Assembly (NCBI GenBank): GCA_951406725.2
Contig: OX597816.1
Coordinates: forward strand, 127,224,001 to 127,288,000
Direction of reading: 5' to 3'
Length of the DNA stretch: 64,000 bases
DNA from: Octopus vulgaris
Taxonomy: Eukaryota
The first letter of the stretch is position 1. The number at the start of each line of letters is the position of its first letter. The translations under genes and the position numbers were made by a program. The notes beneath the pieces are model-generated. The model ran no database searches. It saw only the letters and a list, made by a program, of their open reading frames with translations, and was not told the DNA's origin. Shown in pieces: positions 13,176 through 27,099 of this stretch.

Positions 13176-14544
13176 GTCCATAATAATAATACAGAAATGT
13201 ATTAGAAATAAAATAAAAAGAGCTATTTCAGAAAAAAATTGAGCTAAAATATATTATGGATATTTCCTTACCTATGTCAGTTAACTTTTCAACAATGGGA
13301 CAATCAATTATTTTTCAGTTGAGCAAATGCTGGTATTTACAATTTCATTGCCAAAATTAATGGTTGTTTGACATTTGTAGAGTTTACTATTGTAGAATGG
13401 TATATCAATTTTTGAATATAATAAGAATTTGGAATAATTTTTTAAATGCTCACAAGTTAGTATTGATTCAATTTATGAATTCTATATATGTGCTGATATT
13501 GTCATTTTCTTTTTTTTTTTGTTCTTTTTGCTGTTAATGTTTTTTTTGCACAATTTAATATGAGACTATTTCAAGTATTCCTCTCCTTTTTAACCAGCAG
13601 ATTTTTCATGTGATCCTCTTTCAGTGGCATAAAATTCAATAGGTAATAAACCACATGTCATTATTTGAATAAAAAAAATTATTAACAAACTAAAACTCAG
13701 ACAATATAAACAATGCAGATACAATGCCACAAAACTTTGCTAATAGCAAAAGATATATGAATTTTTTGTAATAGGATGAAAGTATTTAACATTTCTCACT
13801 TTATAGGGCATATTTCCATAATTCATTTTTTTTTCAAAACACATTTGTTTTTACCTTTCAAAGGGAAAAGATTTGTGATCTCTTGCGGGGACATATTAAG
13901 TTTATTAAGGTTTCATATATATCTGACAAAGAACATAATAATACTAATCTTGAAAAAAATTCTTACCTGATAACAACAACATTACTTCAATTTTAAATGT
14001 AGTAGTTTTCACTTCTATTGGTAGTAAAAGTTTGCTGATTTAGAACCCATACACTGGCACAGATTTGCAAATAAACAACTATTTTATAGTTTGTGTTTCA
14101 ATGAAGTTGATAATTTAACTTGATATCTTGTATTCCTGCACTTAAATCTGATGGTATTTTTAGCCACAAATTCTTTGTGATGAATCATGAAGTAAGTGAA
14201 TGTAGGAGAAACACTGCTTAGGTTTACCTTGAAATCTTAAAATTTTACCCCATGTTGCTGCTAAGCCATCAGTACATACACAAACATTGTTATTCCATTC
14301 AGACTGTGATTCCTAAAAAATAATTTTCTACTTTCAGGAAAACATCTTTCCTTGTTCTATTTTCACTCTAAAGATCAACAAGCAAAGCACAATGTCCTTA
14401 ATACTAATATGTGAGAAGCATATGTAAAATCAATTGATTTGTTCAACTGAATCACAAACTTCGGCCCTCTTTTAATTATTTCAGTAAATTACACAATGTG
14501 GTTATTGTTTATTACTACAAAGATTTTTTACATGCCTTTTCATT

Positions 14545-14738
14545 TATCTTTTAATTGTTTCAGTCATTGGACTTTGGCCATGCTGGAGTGCCATCTTGAA
14601 GCACTTAGTTGCACAAATAGACCACAATACTTATTCTTTTTTTTTTGCTTGGTACTTATTCTATCAACCTCTTTTGCTGAACCATTAAGTTACAGGGACA
14701 TGAACAAACCAACACTGGTTATTAAGCAGTAGTGGGGG

Positions 14739-14745
<7 letters not shown>
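14545..14745 (-). mobile_element. SINE family A, 3' half
   Basis: Matches 433-640 and ends in (TA)n. Confidence 0.8.
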
Positions 14746-14789
<44 letters not shown>

Positions 14790-14874
14790 GGCAGTGCATC
14801 AGCATGGCCGCAGCTCTGAGCTGAAACTAAGAAGAAAAAAATATATATATATATGTGTGTGTGTGTGTTATAGT

Positions 14875-15356
14875 GAGGAGACCAGTTTATGTGGTTACAA
14901 TTGGTTTCTCACTCATAAGGGGACCTCTTTAAAATATGGAGGGGGAAAAAACCTTATTTTAAAGGTAAAACCCAAGGTGATTATCTCTCTTTGCCATTGT
15001 TCATCGATCTTGGGCCATGCCACCATCTTGTGGTCACCAAAGCACTGCAAAGGTAAAGGATTGTCTCCCTTCAGCCTCACCTATTGGTTTCCAGCTATAG
15101 TGCCATCCTGTGGATTCCAAAATGCCAGAAGGAATTTCTAAAATGCAAGCATGAGCCCAAAATCTCCCTCCTGGAGTACAAGATGCTCCTGGCATGAATG
15201 AGTCTTTAAGGATCCTTCTGCATTTGGCAATGCATAACTTGCACCATTTTGTCCTGTTGATGTAGGGGCCTGGGTTCTCAAGTATATTCCATGCAATCGA
15301 GTATGAAATTTCTTTGTCTCTTAGTTGCCAGATATGGCTGGCCAGCGAAGTCACGT
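14875..15356 (-). mobile_element. Penelope-like element (PLE) 3' fragment: C-terminal endonuclease region plus terminal repeat
   Basis: ORF 15034-15354 TSLASHIWQLRDKEISYSIAWNILE..PY.N.TKWCKLCI matches the PLE C-terminal signature T.LSkHiW.Lkd....y.i.W.il....pY....krC.LC. Flanked by (TG)n and (TA)n. Confidence 0.8.
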
Positions 15357-15780
15357 ATATATATATATATAAGTTAGTTGTGTTAGAGGTTAAAATAACT
15401 GTCTAAGGGATAGAAGTATCCATTACACTACCAGTATATTACCTATTTTTTACCATGGGCATGCATATGCAAGCATATTATGCTCATAGATTAGTCCTTT
15501 ACTTAGTGTCCCTAAGAATACTCAAGCAAAATGCAGTGATTACAACCACATTCAACTTTTCCCTTTTTCTTCTCTGTGCTCTTCATTATTTATTCTTCAC
15601 TCTGATGAAGCTCCATGTTTCAGATCAGTTTTATTACCAAATATGATAAATATTTTAGCATATCAATGGAAGCAGAAACACCTGTTAGATGGGATGCAGA
15701 CTATTTGTATTGAATTAATGAATAATAATTGATGTAAGTCAATTGTTGTTCATCAATATTTCTCCATTTTCTGTCTTCTT

Positions 15781-15816
<36 letters not shown>

Positions 15817-15824
15817 ACAGTTTT

Positions 15825-15910
15825 CTAGCAAAGACACTCACCCACGGTGCCATGCAGTGAGACTGCAACTAGAACCATGTGGTTGAGAAATAAAATTATT
15901 ACTACACAAC
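15825..15910 (-). mobile_element. SINE family A, head fragment
   Basis: GGTGCCATGCAGTGAGACTG..AGAACCATGTGGTTG matches 795-835. Confidence 0.6.
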
Positions 15911-16009
15911 CAAATCTAGTTGTGATTTTTAAAAAATTTTATTCACGTCAATCATTCTGTAAATATATTCAAAGGTAGTCCATTTAATATTCTATCCTTG
16001 TTCAATTTT

Positions 16010-16175
16010 CATTCCATCTTTGCACTTGTCCTATATTATCATGTTTGGTCTTATTGTCTCAATAGTATGGCCAGTCTTTATAGTGAAGTCTCACAAGGTA
16101 TTGTAATTCTTATTTTCTGTCACTGCTTCTGGTTCATATTCATACCACTTTTCTGTTGTTTTGAAGCCAAACACT
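16010..16175 (-). mobile_element. R4/Dong-clade non-LTR retrotransposon fragment (restriction-like endonuclease region)
   Basis: Minus frame reads FGFKTTEKWYEYEPEAVTENKNYNTL*DFTIKTGHTIETIRPNMII*DK, matching the R4/Dong motif KWYeh.P..v.En...kilWDf.iqTD..i.arRPDivi.dK. Confidence 0.7.
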
Positions 16176-16244
16176 CAACTAACACCTTTCTTATTGATTA
16201 TTAACCTTTGTCGAGGGTTACATTAATCTTTGTTTATTTATTTT

Positions 16245-16261
16245 TTTATTTATTATTATTA

Positions 16262-16320
<59 letters not shown>
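16245..16320. repeat. (TTA)n microsatellite
   Basis: Direct reading. Confidence 0.95.
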
Positions 16321-19300
16321 AAGTGTCATTCTTGACTGTTGAAAAATAAATTCAATATGAAGAGTTCAGACTGACATACTTTCCATCATATATTATTTAA
16401 GTATCCAAGAATGCAGATTTATACATTGTTTCTTTATTTTGAAATGTTTAAAGAAATTGATTCAAAATTCCTTGTGGATTTTATATTGTGCTTCTTTGGC
16501 ACTGATCATACTTGTTCTTAAACCTCATTTTATTTTTTAAATATGAATATTTTAGTATAACATACATGCAATATTATGATCTTCAAGTATAGAAACATCG
16601 TTTATAATACTTGTTTTGATTCCTTTATGAATTACCAATGTCAGATATACTTTCTAAATTCTAAATTCCTGGTCACCAGGATGTTCAAATCTCATGTATT
16701 GACTCATTTCTTTTTCATGGAAATTTAAACTACTATTACTACTACTATTTCTGCTACTACAGCTACTACTACTATTGCTGCTGCTTTAATTGTTGTGCTT
16801 AGTAGTTGAAGTAGTGTATATCGTGACACTAAGATAATTGGCAACCAAAAGTTTAGCCCCCACCACTTAGGACGGCTAATAAATTTGTTTTGTAGACAGT
16901 GCTTCTCTTTTACACATTAAAATAATTCTGTTATGACTAGCTTAACATCTACCAGTAGTTTTCTAGTACACCTTCATTTTCAAACTGTCAATGAATTAAT
17001 GAAAAATCTATCTTGATATTTCTGTTATCAAAGATCACATCCAATACCTACTTACTTCTTCCAGTACCAAGCAGTCAATTTGGTTTACCATTTCTTTCTT
17101 TCCCAAAAGCACCAATAGTATTAATAACCTGCTTTAACCAGAAATCAAAACTAGTTCATAACTTGGCTTCCCAGTCCTCTGACTCTAAGCATTTGTTGTA
17201 TTCACAACTGTTTTATAAAGCATAACAGGGTTTAATCTTAAACACTTTCTCATATTTTAGCACGCATCATTCTTAGTGTTAGTATTTAATATAGCAAAAA
17301 TTGTAATTGACAAATAATTTTCCCAACACTGTTCCATTATTGTTTTGCTATTGATATAAATATATTTTCATACTTTCTATGTGATCATGTTGCTAACTTA
17401 AGTGTTGTTTGCCTTGAAACCATTTTATGCTTTTTAACTTAAACTTTAATTAATGAAGAATTAATTGAGTAACGTTTGTTCTCCATTAAATTCCTCCAAT
17501 CTTTTAGATTCATGCTTTTGAATTCAATATTTGATCCATCTTCTGTAAATAGGCTGAAGAAAATCAGAAATAAAATCTAACAACAAAAAATATGGACCTG
17601 TATTATACTATATATATTTTTTAAAATGAAAAGGATTATTAGTGTTAGAAAATATGATTAAGTTAATGAAATTATAATCAGTAATAAAAGAATACTGTAA
17701 AAACCCAACAGAACTATTAACACCTGATGGAAAATTAATAGTCAGTTTTGAAATTCCCTTGTAAATTTCCTATTTGTGTTATCTTTAAAGAGCTTTGAAT
17801 GAAACAGGATATCTTTATGAACATGATAGGTTACTTATATTGGAAACCACCACAGAGATAGTGGGATAATTAATACTTTGATTGTTAATGCTACCATAAA
17901 CACTGGTGCTAACCTCACTATTGTTACTATCCCTATAATATTCACTATCATTACAATTATCATTGACACCAATAGTATCAGCATCATCACATTGTCATTA
18001 ACGTCATCTACATTATCAACAAAAACAAAGGGAAGAACATTTTCTAAATTAAATGAACTGTAAATCAATAAATAGATTTCACTCAATAAAAAGTGTGCAT
18101 ATGTCACTATAAAAGGAAGTAATTATGATGAGAAGAGAAAATGAAGCAGATGGGGTGAAAAGGAATTAAAAGCAAAAAAACCATCATCTATTGAAATAAG
18201 AAATTATACAAGCAATCTGAAGAGGAAAGAGAGAAATTGATCAGATATGAGGAGGAAAAAAAATAATAAAAGATCAAAACTGAAATAGCAATGAAAAAAT
18301 AAATAAAATAAAATAAATGGAGGAAAAAAGAGTCAAGTAGAAAAATATTATTGAAGAGAATGGATAAAGCCATTCCTATCTTATTGAATCATACTATGTT
18401 TATTGCACCCACTTATTGTAGATTAATTTTTACCCACTTATAAAGAATAAATAAGAAAAGTCAATGTAAGGAAATACTTCCTTTTATATTTGCTTTCACT
18501 TATTTTATTTTATTTTATTTTAAATGCATGTTTTAAGAGTGATGATTGCTGATACTTTTCATGTGCAAACTAATTTCCCTTGTATGGTTTACTATTTTTC
18601 TTAATCTAATTTTTTTTTTATGATTTTTAATTAAAAATAAATGCATGTTAGAAAAACTTGTAACTGTCAATGTTTGTTATTTTGCATTGCAAAAAAAACC
18701 AAAAAAAACTCACGACTTTGTCACTATAAATAACATTCCTCAGAGCAAACCATTATCTTTATTAACACACTTTACAAACAAAATGAGTTAAAGAAAAGAA
18801 AATTCCAGCAATAGTAGGTGGCTAATACTTTGATCAGAGTGAAAATTTAATTATTTGTTTATTTTAAATCTAGGGAATGATATAAATTCACTAAATACAA
18901 GAAGATATAGGGTTATAGAATACAGAATTAAGTTCCCATTTCCTCTGAGTCTTCCTTTATCTGATTTTCATTCTTTTTCTCCTTATAACACACATATAAT
19001 TCCATCTCTGCACTGATACAGAATGATCTACAATGAATGCCAGCTTGCAATTTGCATCAATAAAATGCATTCATGACCGTTCAGTTAGGCTTAACCAGTA
19101 AAAGATATGATTGAAGAGAAATTTCTGTTTCTTATTAAAACTGTGGCGTAATTAAATTGGGTATGCAAATTCTGAAGTTATTGTGAAACTTTTTCATTTG
19201 CCATGATTGCTACCACCACCATCAACATCATCATTACTAGCAACACAGCCAACATTATTTTCATTATCCCCGTTATTATCAGGATCATCCTTCTTAATTC

Positions 19301-22300
19301 AGTTTATGGGTATACATGTTATATGAATTTATCATGTTCTTATTTACTCTTGTTTTTTCTGGCCTTGGTGTTTTAAGTATTTCAAAGTTAACTCTCCATT
19401 TAATTCTATTCTTATTCTATTCTATTCTTATTCTATTCTATTTAATTCTTCTTATTCGCAACTTACATACATACATGCTGTATGCATACATATTTATGTG
19501 TGCACATATATGTTGTATATGTATATATATATATATATATATTAGAAAGGACTAGAAAGTCCTTGGTACAGTATTATATATTTGGATACTGTTATGGTTT
19601 AATGTTAGAATAAAAATACTTGCTCATCTGAAAGCTAGTAGCTAGAAAGCAGCATATTTTGTTTATCTGGTTGGACACTTGCTTAAACACAGAGTAGTGT
19701 CAACAATTTGTAGCAGTAACATAACACATACTAAATTGACATTTTTTGCATTTGTTCAGTAACCTCTGTTCACTTTGCTCAAGGAAATTTATAACATAAA
19801 TGTAATCAATTTCAAGTTTGGCTTCCAACTTTAACCATACCAGAAACTGGCCTCCTAACACATTTCATAGTCCTTCAAGAAATAATTTGGATGGAACTTT
19901 AATGCTTGTTAATCAAACTATTGATGGATAAATAAATGGAGCAATTTTTTTTATATTGGCGTATCAACACGTATGGATTTGTACCTGTTTCCATGCTCAT
20001 ATATTAATACATCTAGAGATATACTTTATAGAAAAATGAACATAAAAATTATAATAAACAGGAAGTAAATTAGTGAGAGAATCAAATTGGCACTTCAATC
20101 CTATATTTTGTTTAATGTATGCACACACATTATGTGCATAATGTCACTGATTTGCAAGAAATACACAGCCAGAAATATTTTAATGGGCCTCCTAAGCTTA
20201 TTGCTTATAGTAAAATAGGTAGCAAATGTGATCTAGAAGGAGAGTGAGAATAAAAAAAAAGAATGAAAAAATGTGAAAATGTAAACTGATTTTTATTGTT
20301 ATCAGTAACTGATTGTTCAGTCAGTTAAGGCTTTGAAATATTGTTTTGAACTGCCAAGGTCACAAGCTTCTCATATTTCTTTGGCTTGTTGATATGTACC
20401 AGTAATATAACAAAGTTCATGCAAAACTGTCTATTTGCTTTCCATTGTATAATTGATTAAGTGCCTAATAATGCTTTATAGAGTTACCTATTCTGTATCT
20501 TAGCCTAAATATCACAGGATTATTTCATATGAGTTTCAGTCTATATTTAATCATTCAGAGAATTTCTTAATATGTTTCATATCGACATAAGGCTGAGATA
20601 ATTTATTTTATTAGTCTGTGAGTCAAGAAATACTGCAATGCAAGTATTTTGAAAGGTAAGTGGCTCTCTTACATCAACCTTTTTAAGTTCATGTCTTGGA
20701 TAAATACATTGGTTGTTGGTTCTGAGGAAGTTTAGCTGAAAGTAAAATAATGACTTAAATTATGTTAATATATTAATATTTTGGGATCATTTATGGAAAA
20801 CAAAAGTGCTACATAAATATAAACATCCATTAACGTATATGAGCAAGGGAAAAAAATAATTATGTAATTGTTTGGTTTTAATGCATGAACTCAGATCAAG
20901 TCACTTGCAAACAATTAAAATTGTGCAAGTTATAAATTAGATGATAATGAGGAAGTTAACTAAACATATTCAAAATTATAACTATAACTGAAAACACAAA
21001 TGATTAACATCAAAGAATCCCATCTCTCTGTTATTGAAAGGACATTGTAGCTAGTTTTTAAGGAAATTTAAAACGTTGGTATATTCTTGCAAAATCAAAA
21101 TTATGTCAAAAAGAAGGTATATATTTAGTGCAATCTAATGATTGAATTGTAATTATGTTGTTCTGTAATTTCATGTATGTCCTTATATATTCATACATGC
21201 ACAATCATTCTCCAAAAGCTTCTCAGTGCACAATAGAACACATTTTTGGGTGTCAGTAGCTTTTGAAGAGTTATGATTAAAATCTAGTATCTGTCTTTGG
21301 TAAGAGAACCCTTGCTTTCTTGTGGGGAGGAATTTCGTTTCATATTGTGTGTTTATGAAACACTGATCAATTTAAGACTATTTCAGTTGCTTACAGAAGT
21401 GAACGATTTTATCCTCATGTAAATAATTTGAGCTTGACTTTGATATACATTCATTGAGAAATAAGTGTCTTGACAATGTACACAATGCGGCTCTGGTGAT
21501 GTAACAAAAACTGCCAATCTTACAGTTAATTTCCAATATAGTTAAATATTTATTTCTATTTATTGTTCTGTGTATGTGACATACCCAAGATAATTCAAGA
21601 TGTTGAAAATATTAAGATTATCTGGGACATTTTTCCTGATATATTGATTTAAAATACGCTACCAATGTGGAGCACCCTTTCAGTATTTTTTCTTATTTTT
21701 TTTTATATGAACTCAAATTTAATTGACATTAGAAAAAGTTTCTAAATGTTTATCTAAGGAAATCAATTTTTTTTTAATTAGATATTTTCAGTTCTTTTTT
21801 TATCTTAAGAATACCAATCACCTTATTATTCTTTTCTTATTCTATTCCCATTTTCATCCATTTAAAGTTCTTTTTATTTTCATTCTATCTTTCCTCTGAT
21901 TATCTTTGGTTAAGATATAAAATTTCTCTTGATGATAAAATCTGTCTTGATATAAAAGGATATTTCATGATATTATCATTGACTTAATGTCTACATTCAA
22001 GCTAACATAAAACTCACGAAATGATTATATATCTGAGAATCTTCTAAATTAAATAATCATTTCAGCAGGTTTCAAACTTAAGGAAGCTCATCCTACTGCA
22101 TTAACTTATTTTATACTATTCTTCATCTGGTAGGGTACTAATGTTTATTGATTATATCAAGGAGTATGTTGAAATGACTGGAAAATCTATTTACATAATG
22201 ATATCATTTATTCAGTAGCTGCATTTTTGTTTTTGCTTTTTATTAGTAGAAATATATTTTCTTTTAATTTTAATCAATAAATAACTTTTTTAAAAAGTGA

Positions 22301-23023
22301 ATATTGGGAAAACTGAAAAGAAAAAAGAAAACAAATAAATCAATAAAGGTTTGATGGATAAATGAATTTAGATTTTGAAATTCTTTATACTTCTAGAATA
22401 TAATTTTATGTACATAAATTTTTATAGATTAAATTTTTATTAATTGTTTTTATTTCTCTGATGAGGAAGAACAGTGCCTTTAGCATTCTAGTCCTTCAGA
22501 GATTGAGCCATCTAGCTTTGTAGAGGAAATTTTGATTTCATGAATCTAAATGAAGAATTTTATGTTGCTATGAAAGACAATTGGAGATTATGAAACCAAT
22601 CATTTAAAAGAAACATGATAATTGCATTCTTACATAGAGAGAATTCAATGCTATGAGCTTCTTTGTGATGTTGTAGTTATTGCTGATTGATCTCATATGA
22701 GTGCTGATTTACAGGTATGTGACTGAAGTAATCCAGCCATTGCAATCTCATTTTTTTCCTAGTTTAGATTTTAGATTATTTATTAGTTAGATTGATGATG
22801 AAGAGCAGTGACTCTGCTAATCTAACTCTACAGAGACTGAGTAACTATGCACCTAAGATCACATCATTTTGTATGCCTTTTTATTCTTTACAGTAGTAGC
22901 CAAGACCCTTCAGGGAAATGACCTTGCTTGATATATAAGTAGAGTACTGGTAGAAACTCCATACGTTGTACCCAGCACAAGCTTTGAACACATAAGGGGT
23001 GATGCGGTATCACAGGAAGGTTA

Positions 23024-23029
<6 letters not shown>

Positions 23030-23057
<28 letters not shown>

Positions 23058-23280
23058 GCATGTGTATCTTTGTGGTTGTTTGTCCTACACCACTGCTTGA
23101 CAACCAGTGTTGGTGTGTTTGCATTCCCAGAACTTGGCAGTTTAATAAAAGGGAGTGATAGAACAAGTACCGGGTTTAAGAGAAAAATAAGTACTAAGGT
23201 TGATTCATTCGACTAAAATTCTACAAGGTGGTGTCCCAGCATGGCTGCAGTTTAATGACTGAAACAATTAAACGATAAAA
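23030..23280 (+). mobile_element. SINE family A, 3' half
   Basis: GCTTGACAACCAGTGTTGGTGTGTTT ... CAGCATGGCTGCAGTTTAATGACTGAAAC, the reverse complement of 450-620. Confidence 0.8.
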
Positions 23281-23689
23281 ATAATTAAAAATCTTATCTG
23301 ATTACAAATAACAAAAACTGAAACTCCAGTAATCTTTATATACTATCATGATCATCATGAGATTAATTGAATTTACATGTGCCCAGTTTTCTTTAACATT
23401 ACTCATCCTATGGATCATGTTCAATTTAATTTTCTTTAATAACTGTGCAGTTAGTTATAGAGTTTCATATTTATAGATGCTTGATATTTACTATCTTTTT
23501 TCTCAAGAAGATGAATATTTTGTTGTCAATAGTGATAGCAATTTCTTGTCATTAACAAGCCCTAAATGCTAAACTGTTACTAACGTCTAGTAACATCTAG
23601 CATGAACTGAGTTTCTTTAATGACAGAGCTTTTTTTTAAAAAAAAGAGGAAAATAGATCTAGTTGGCAGTAAATCAGTCTAACAGAATA

Positions 23690-23713
23690 ATCTCTCTCTC
23701 TCTCTCTCTCTCT

Positions 23714-23785
<72 letters not shown>

Positions 23786-23839
23786 TATGTATATATGTAT
23801 GTATGTATGTATATGTGTACATGTGTGTATGTATATATA

Positions 23840-23873
<34 letters not shown>

Positions 23874-23910
23874 CATGTATATAGAGTGAGTGAGTGAGTG
23901 AGTGAGAGGA
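23690..23910. repeat. Compound microsatellite (TC)n(TA)n(CA)n(TG)n(GAGT)n
   Basis: Direct reading. Confidence 0.95.
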
Positions 23911-24484
23911 AAAATAAATTTAGATAGATAGAAAATATTAGCTTGTAGCCAAAGTGATAAGAAAAGAAGAAGGCAAGTTATTTCAATAATGGGAGACTAT
24001 AGTGAAAGATCTAAAATAAATATTTATGATGACAGATAGAAGCTTACATGTATCTTACATAAGATAGGCTCTTAAAATCTCTGAAAAATGTTTAAGGAAA
24101 ACCTTTTTCTCCCCAAGATTATGATAATTCTACACATGCAATGCTCAAATTACTCTGTTGGAGAGAATTTAAATGGCTGACTGACATTTATATGGTGGAA
24201 AGATATTAAGAAAACATTTATATATATTGAATGCAAATGCAGATATTGGATACATAAGGATATAATCTGTCTAGTGCTTAATTTTTGTTTACTTTTAATC
24301 TTTCTCTTTATACTTCATGAATATAATGTCTCCATTTATACTCAATATGTAAAATTTGATAAGTTGAATAACGTTTTTTGGATAGTCATGAATTAATTAA
24401 ACATTTAGAAACAACTTTATAAGTACTGACAACATAGTGTACTATATTTTCTTCATTAAAATGGTTATTTTATTTGCAGTTTAA

Positions 24485-24531
<47 letters not shown>

Positions 24532-24532
24532 A

Positions 24533-24817
24533 GTAAATGTAATATGAGACAATTATCCGGTAGCCATAATAAAACTCTGAGTTTCGGATGCCGCGGTGGA
24601 AATCCACGCTGCCATCTTTTCAGTTATCCAGCCATTGGAAAAATGACATCGGAAAAAGTAAATAGGTGATATCTTTTTTCAGTTTCTGTTGGAAAGTAAA
24701 TAGGCATTTTTCCGATGGCCAGATAACTGAAGAGATGGCAGCATGGATTTCCACCTCGGCATCCAAAACTCAGAGTTTTATCATGGCTACTGAATAATTG
24801 TCTCATATTGCATTTAC
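24533..24817. repeat. Long inverted repeat / fold-back element (arms 24533-24645 and 24705-24817)
   Basis: The ~113-bp arms are near reverse complements (GTAAATGTAATATGAGACAATTAT... versus ...ATAATTGTCTCATATTGCATTTAC), with a 59-bp spacer, between two (TA)n tracts. Confidence 0.9.
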
Positions 24818-25289
24818 AGATAAATTCCTCTATTTGCATAATATCGAGGTCTCTTTCTTTCTTTTGTTGTCTTGCCATTTTTATCAATATATATATATAT
24901 ATATGTAGAGAGAGGAAGACAGACAGACAGTAAATGTAGGAGAAATTACTATGAACACAAATTTGTATCATTTGTTTCCTATGTATGTTTCTCCATTATG
25001 ATTGCTGGGAACCTCTGTATTCTATGTTTCAAGTGCAATTGGATGCTTAACCACTATGGATTATCAGGCAACATGCACTAGTTGCTGTTGAGCCAGGATG
25101 TAACAGATGTGCAGCTAGCTCCAGTATGTCTTCTCTGGCTGGCACTGGATTTAGAAAAGACAGCAGAATAGTGATTAATGAATTAGACAAGAAAGTATAA
25201 AATGCATATATGGTAAAGTTCTAAACTGAGAGCAAATGACAATCTTTCAGTGAGTTATAAAATAAAAACTGTTTTGAACACAATGGGTG

Positions 25290-25640
25290 GGTGACAGGAG
25301 GTTGTGTTGATGTATTTGGCTTGCAGTAGGGCCTGTATGTACTGGATCCCTAGTCAAGCATGACATCTAAGAATTCCATGGTGGTGAGATTGGTCTCGGT
25401 AGTAATTTTCAGTCCCATGGAGCCAAGTGTGCAAATTAGATCTTTCCTAAGCCTGTCTAGGGTGTGTTCGTTTGCTCCTCTAGAGATGGCCAGGGTGTCA
25501 TCTCTACAGAGTCCAAAGAGGACAAGGGGGAACTTTTTTAAGGGTATCAAGAATATGCAACCCTATGAGGTTACATATATCAGCAGTCATAGGCCCCCAT
25601 CGCTAGATTGTGAGTACAACATCCTTACCCCTAAGGCATG
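25290..25640 (-). mobile_element. Penelope-like element reverse transcriptase fragment
   Basis: ORF 25350-25550 GLCRDDTLAISRG..TLDRLRKDLI....MGLKITTETNLTTMEFLDVMLD corresponds to the PLE RT motif GLYRDD.L...rK.ii..F...GLkIti.tNlk.vdFLDVtldL. Confidence 0.85.
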
Positions 25641-25649
25641 CAACCTCAC

Positions 25650-25740
25650 TACACATACACACACAGACACACACACACACATATATATGTATGTATATAT
25701 ATATATATATATATGTGTGTGTTTGTGTGTGTATATATCT

Positions 25741-25771
<31 letters not shown>

Positions 25772-25830
25772 CACACATATATATATACTCACACACACAT
25801 ATGTGAGTGTGTCTGTGAAATGTGTGTGTG
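25650..25830. repeat. Compound (CA)n/(TA)n/(TG)n microsatellite
   Basis: Direct reading. Confidence 0.95.
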
Positions 25831-26376
25831 TAATATGAAATGTATTACTAAATTTTTAGTTTATGTGTAAATAGATGATGATAATTCATAATTTTTATCG
25901 ATATTCTTAATTTATGTCCTTTTCATTTCAGAAATTTCTCACATCATTGGTTGGCTAATTTACAAAATTTTACCAGTTTATACACCCAAATTCCATAAAT
26001 TATCTACTTTTATAAGCTTCATTATTTTTTATATGGATAATGTATTAAATTTGTCAAAACTGCAAGACAGACGAAAGCTTTACGGAATGATGTGATATAA
26101 TAATAGATAGAAAATGATATTTACTTACATTTCTGCTAAATCATTTTTTTTAAGTCTTATCAAAACTCTGTCTTATAATATATTTTTACTCCAATAGAGA
26201 TAAATTAATCATGCTTCTTCTTCTTCTTCTATACAAAAACAATAAAATCCTTGTAGCAATTTCACTTCTACAAAAATATCAAGTACAATGAGTAAATGAC
26301 AGGAACCTTTTCTAATACAAAGCTATTTTTGTGATAGAAAATTGATTTTACTTCTTTTAAATACCTTATTAAGGTA

Positions 26377-26800
26377 TTTACTCTTTACTCTTTTAATTGT
26401 TTCTGTCATTTGACTGTGGCCATACTGAAGCACTGCCTTTAGTCGAGCAAATCGACCCCAGGACTTATTCTTTGGAAGCCTAGTACTTATTCTATCGGTC
26501 TCTTTTGCCAAACCACTAAGTTACGGGGACATAAGCACACCACTATCGGTTGTCAAGCAATGTTGGGGGGACAAACACAGACACACAAACATACACACAA
26601 ACACACATATATATATATATATATATATACATATATACGATAGGATTCTTTCAGTTTCTGTCTACCATATCCACTCACAAGGCTTTGGTCAGCCCAAGGC
26701 TATAGTAGAAGACACTTTCCCAAGGTGCCACACAGTGGGACTGAACCCGGAACCATGTGGTTGGTAAACAAGCTACTTACCACACAGCCACTCCTATGCC
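26377..26800 (-). mobile_element. tRNA-derived SINE, family A, full length
   Basis: Highly similar to 433-870. Candidate TSD TATTTACT at 26375-26382 and 26803-26810. Confidence 0.9.
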
Positions 26801-27099
26801 TATATTTACTTCTTTCTTTTTTTTTAAGTTATAAAAGCCATGTTTGTCTGAATTAAACATATCAATATTTCCAGTACATGTGTTGTTAGGTTCTCACTTT
26901 ACAAGTCATAACTATTTCTTTTCACATATATTGTTTATACCATTTAGAAAGTCATAAATGTCATAAAACACTGAAATCCTTGTAAATATTTAAAGATGCA
27001 GCCGTCTCTCCTGCTCCCACAGATTACTCCTTATTAGCTTCATAATGCTCAAGCTATCACACATTCCCATAACTACTCAGCTCCTCCATTGCCCCTCCC

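Noticed and set aside
17835-18107. 90-aa ORF with a transmembrane-like stretch
   Set aside because: Decayed trinucleotide (CAT/TAT) low-complexity sequence.
25932-26095. 54-codon open frame after a TTTCAG acceptor
   Set aside because: No recognisable homology, composition typical of AT-rich noise, and expected by chance at this window size.
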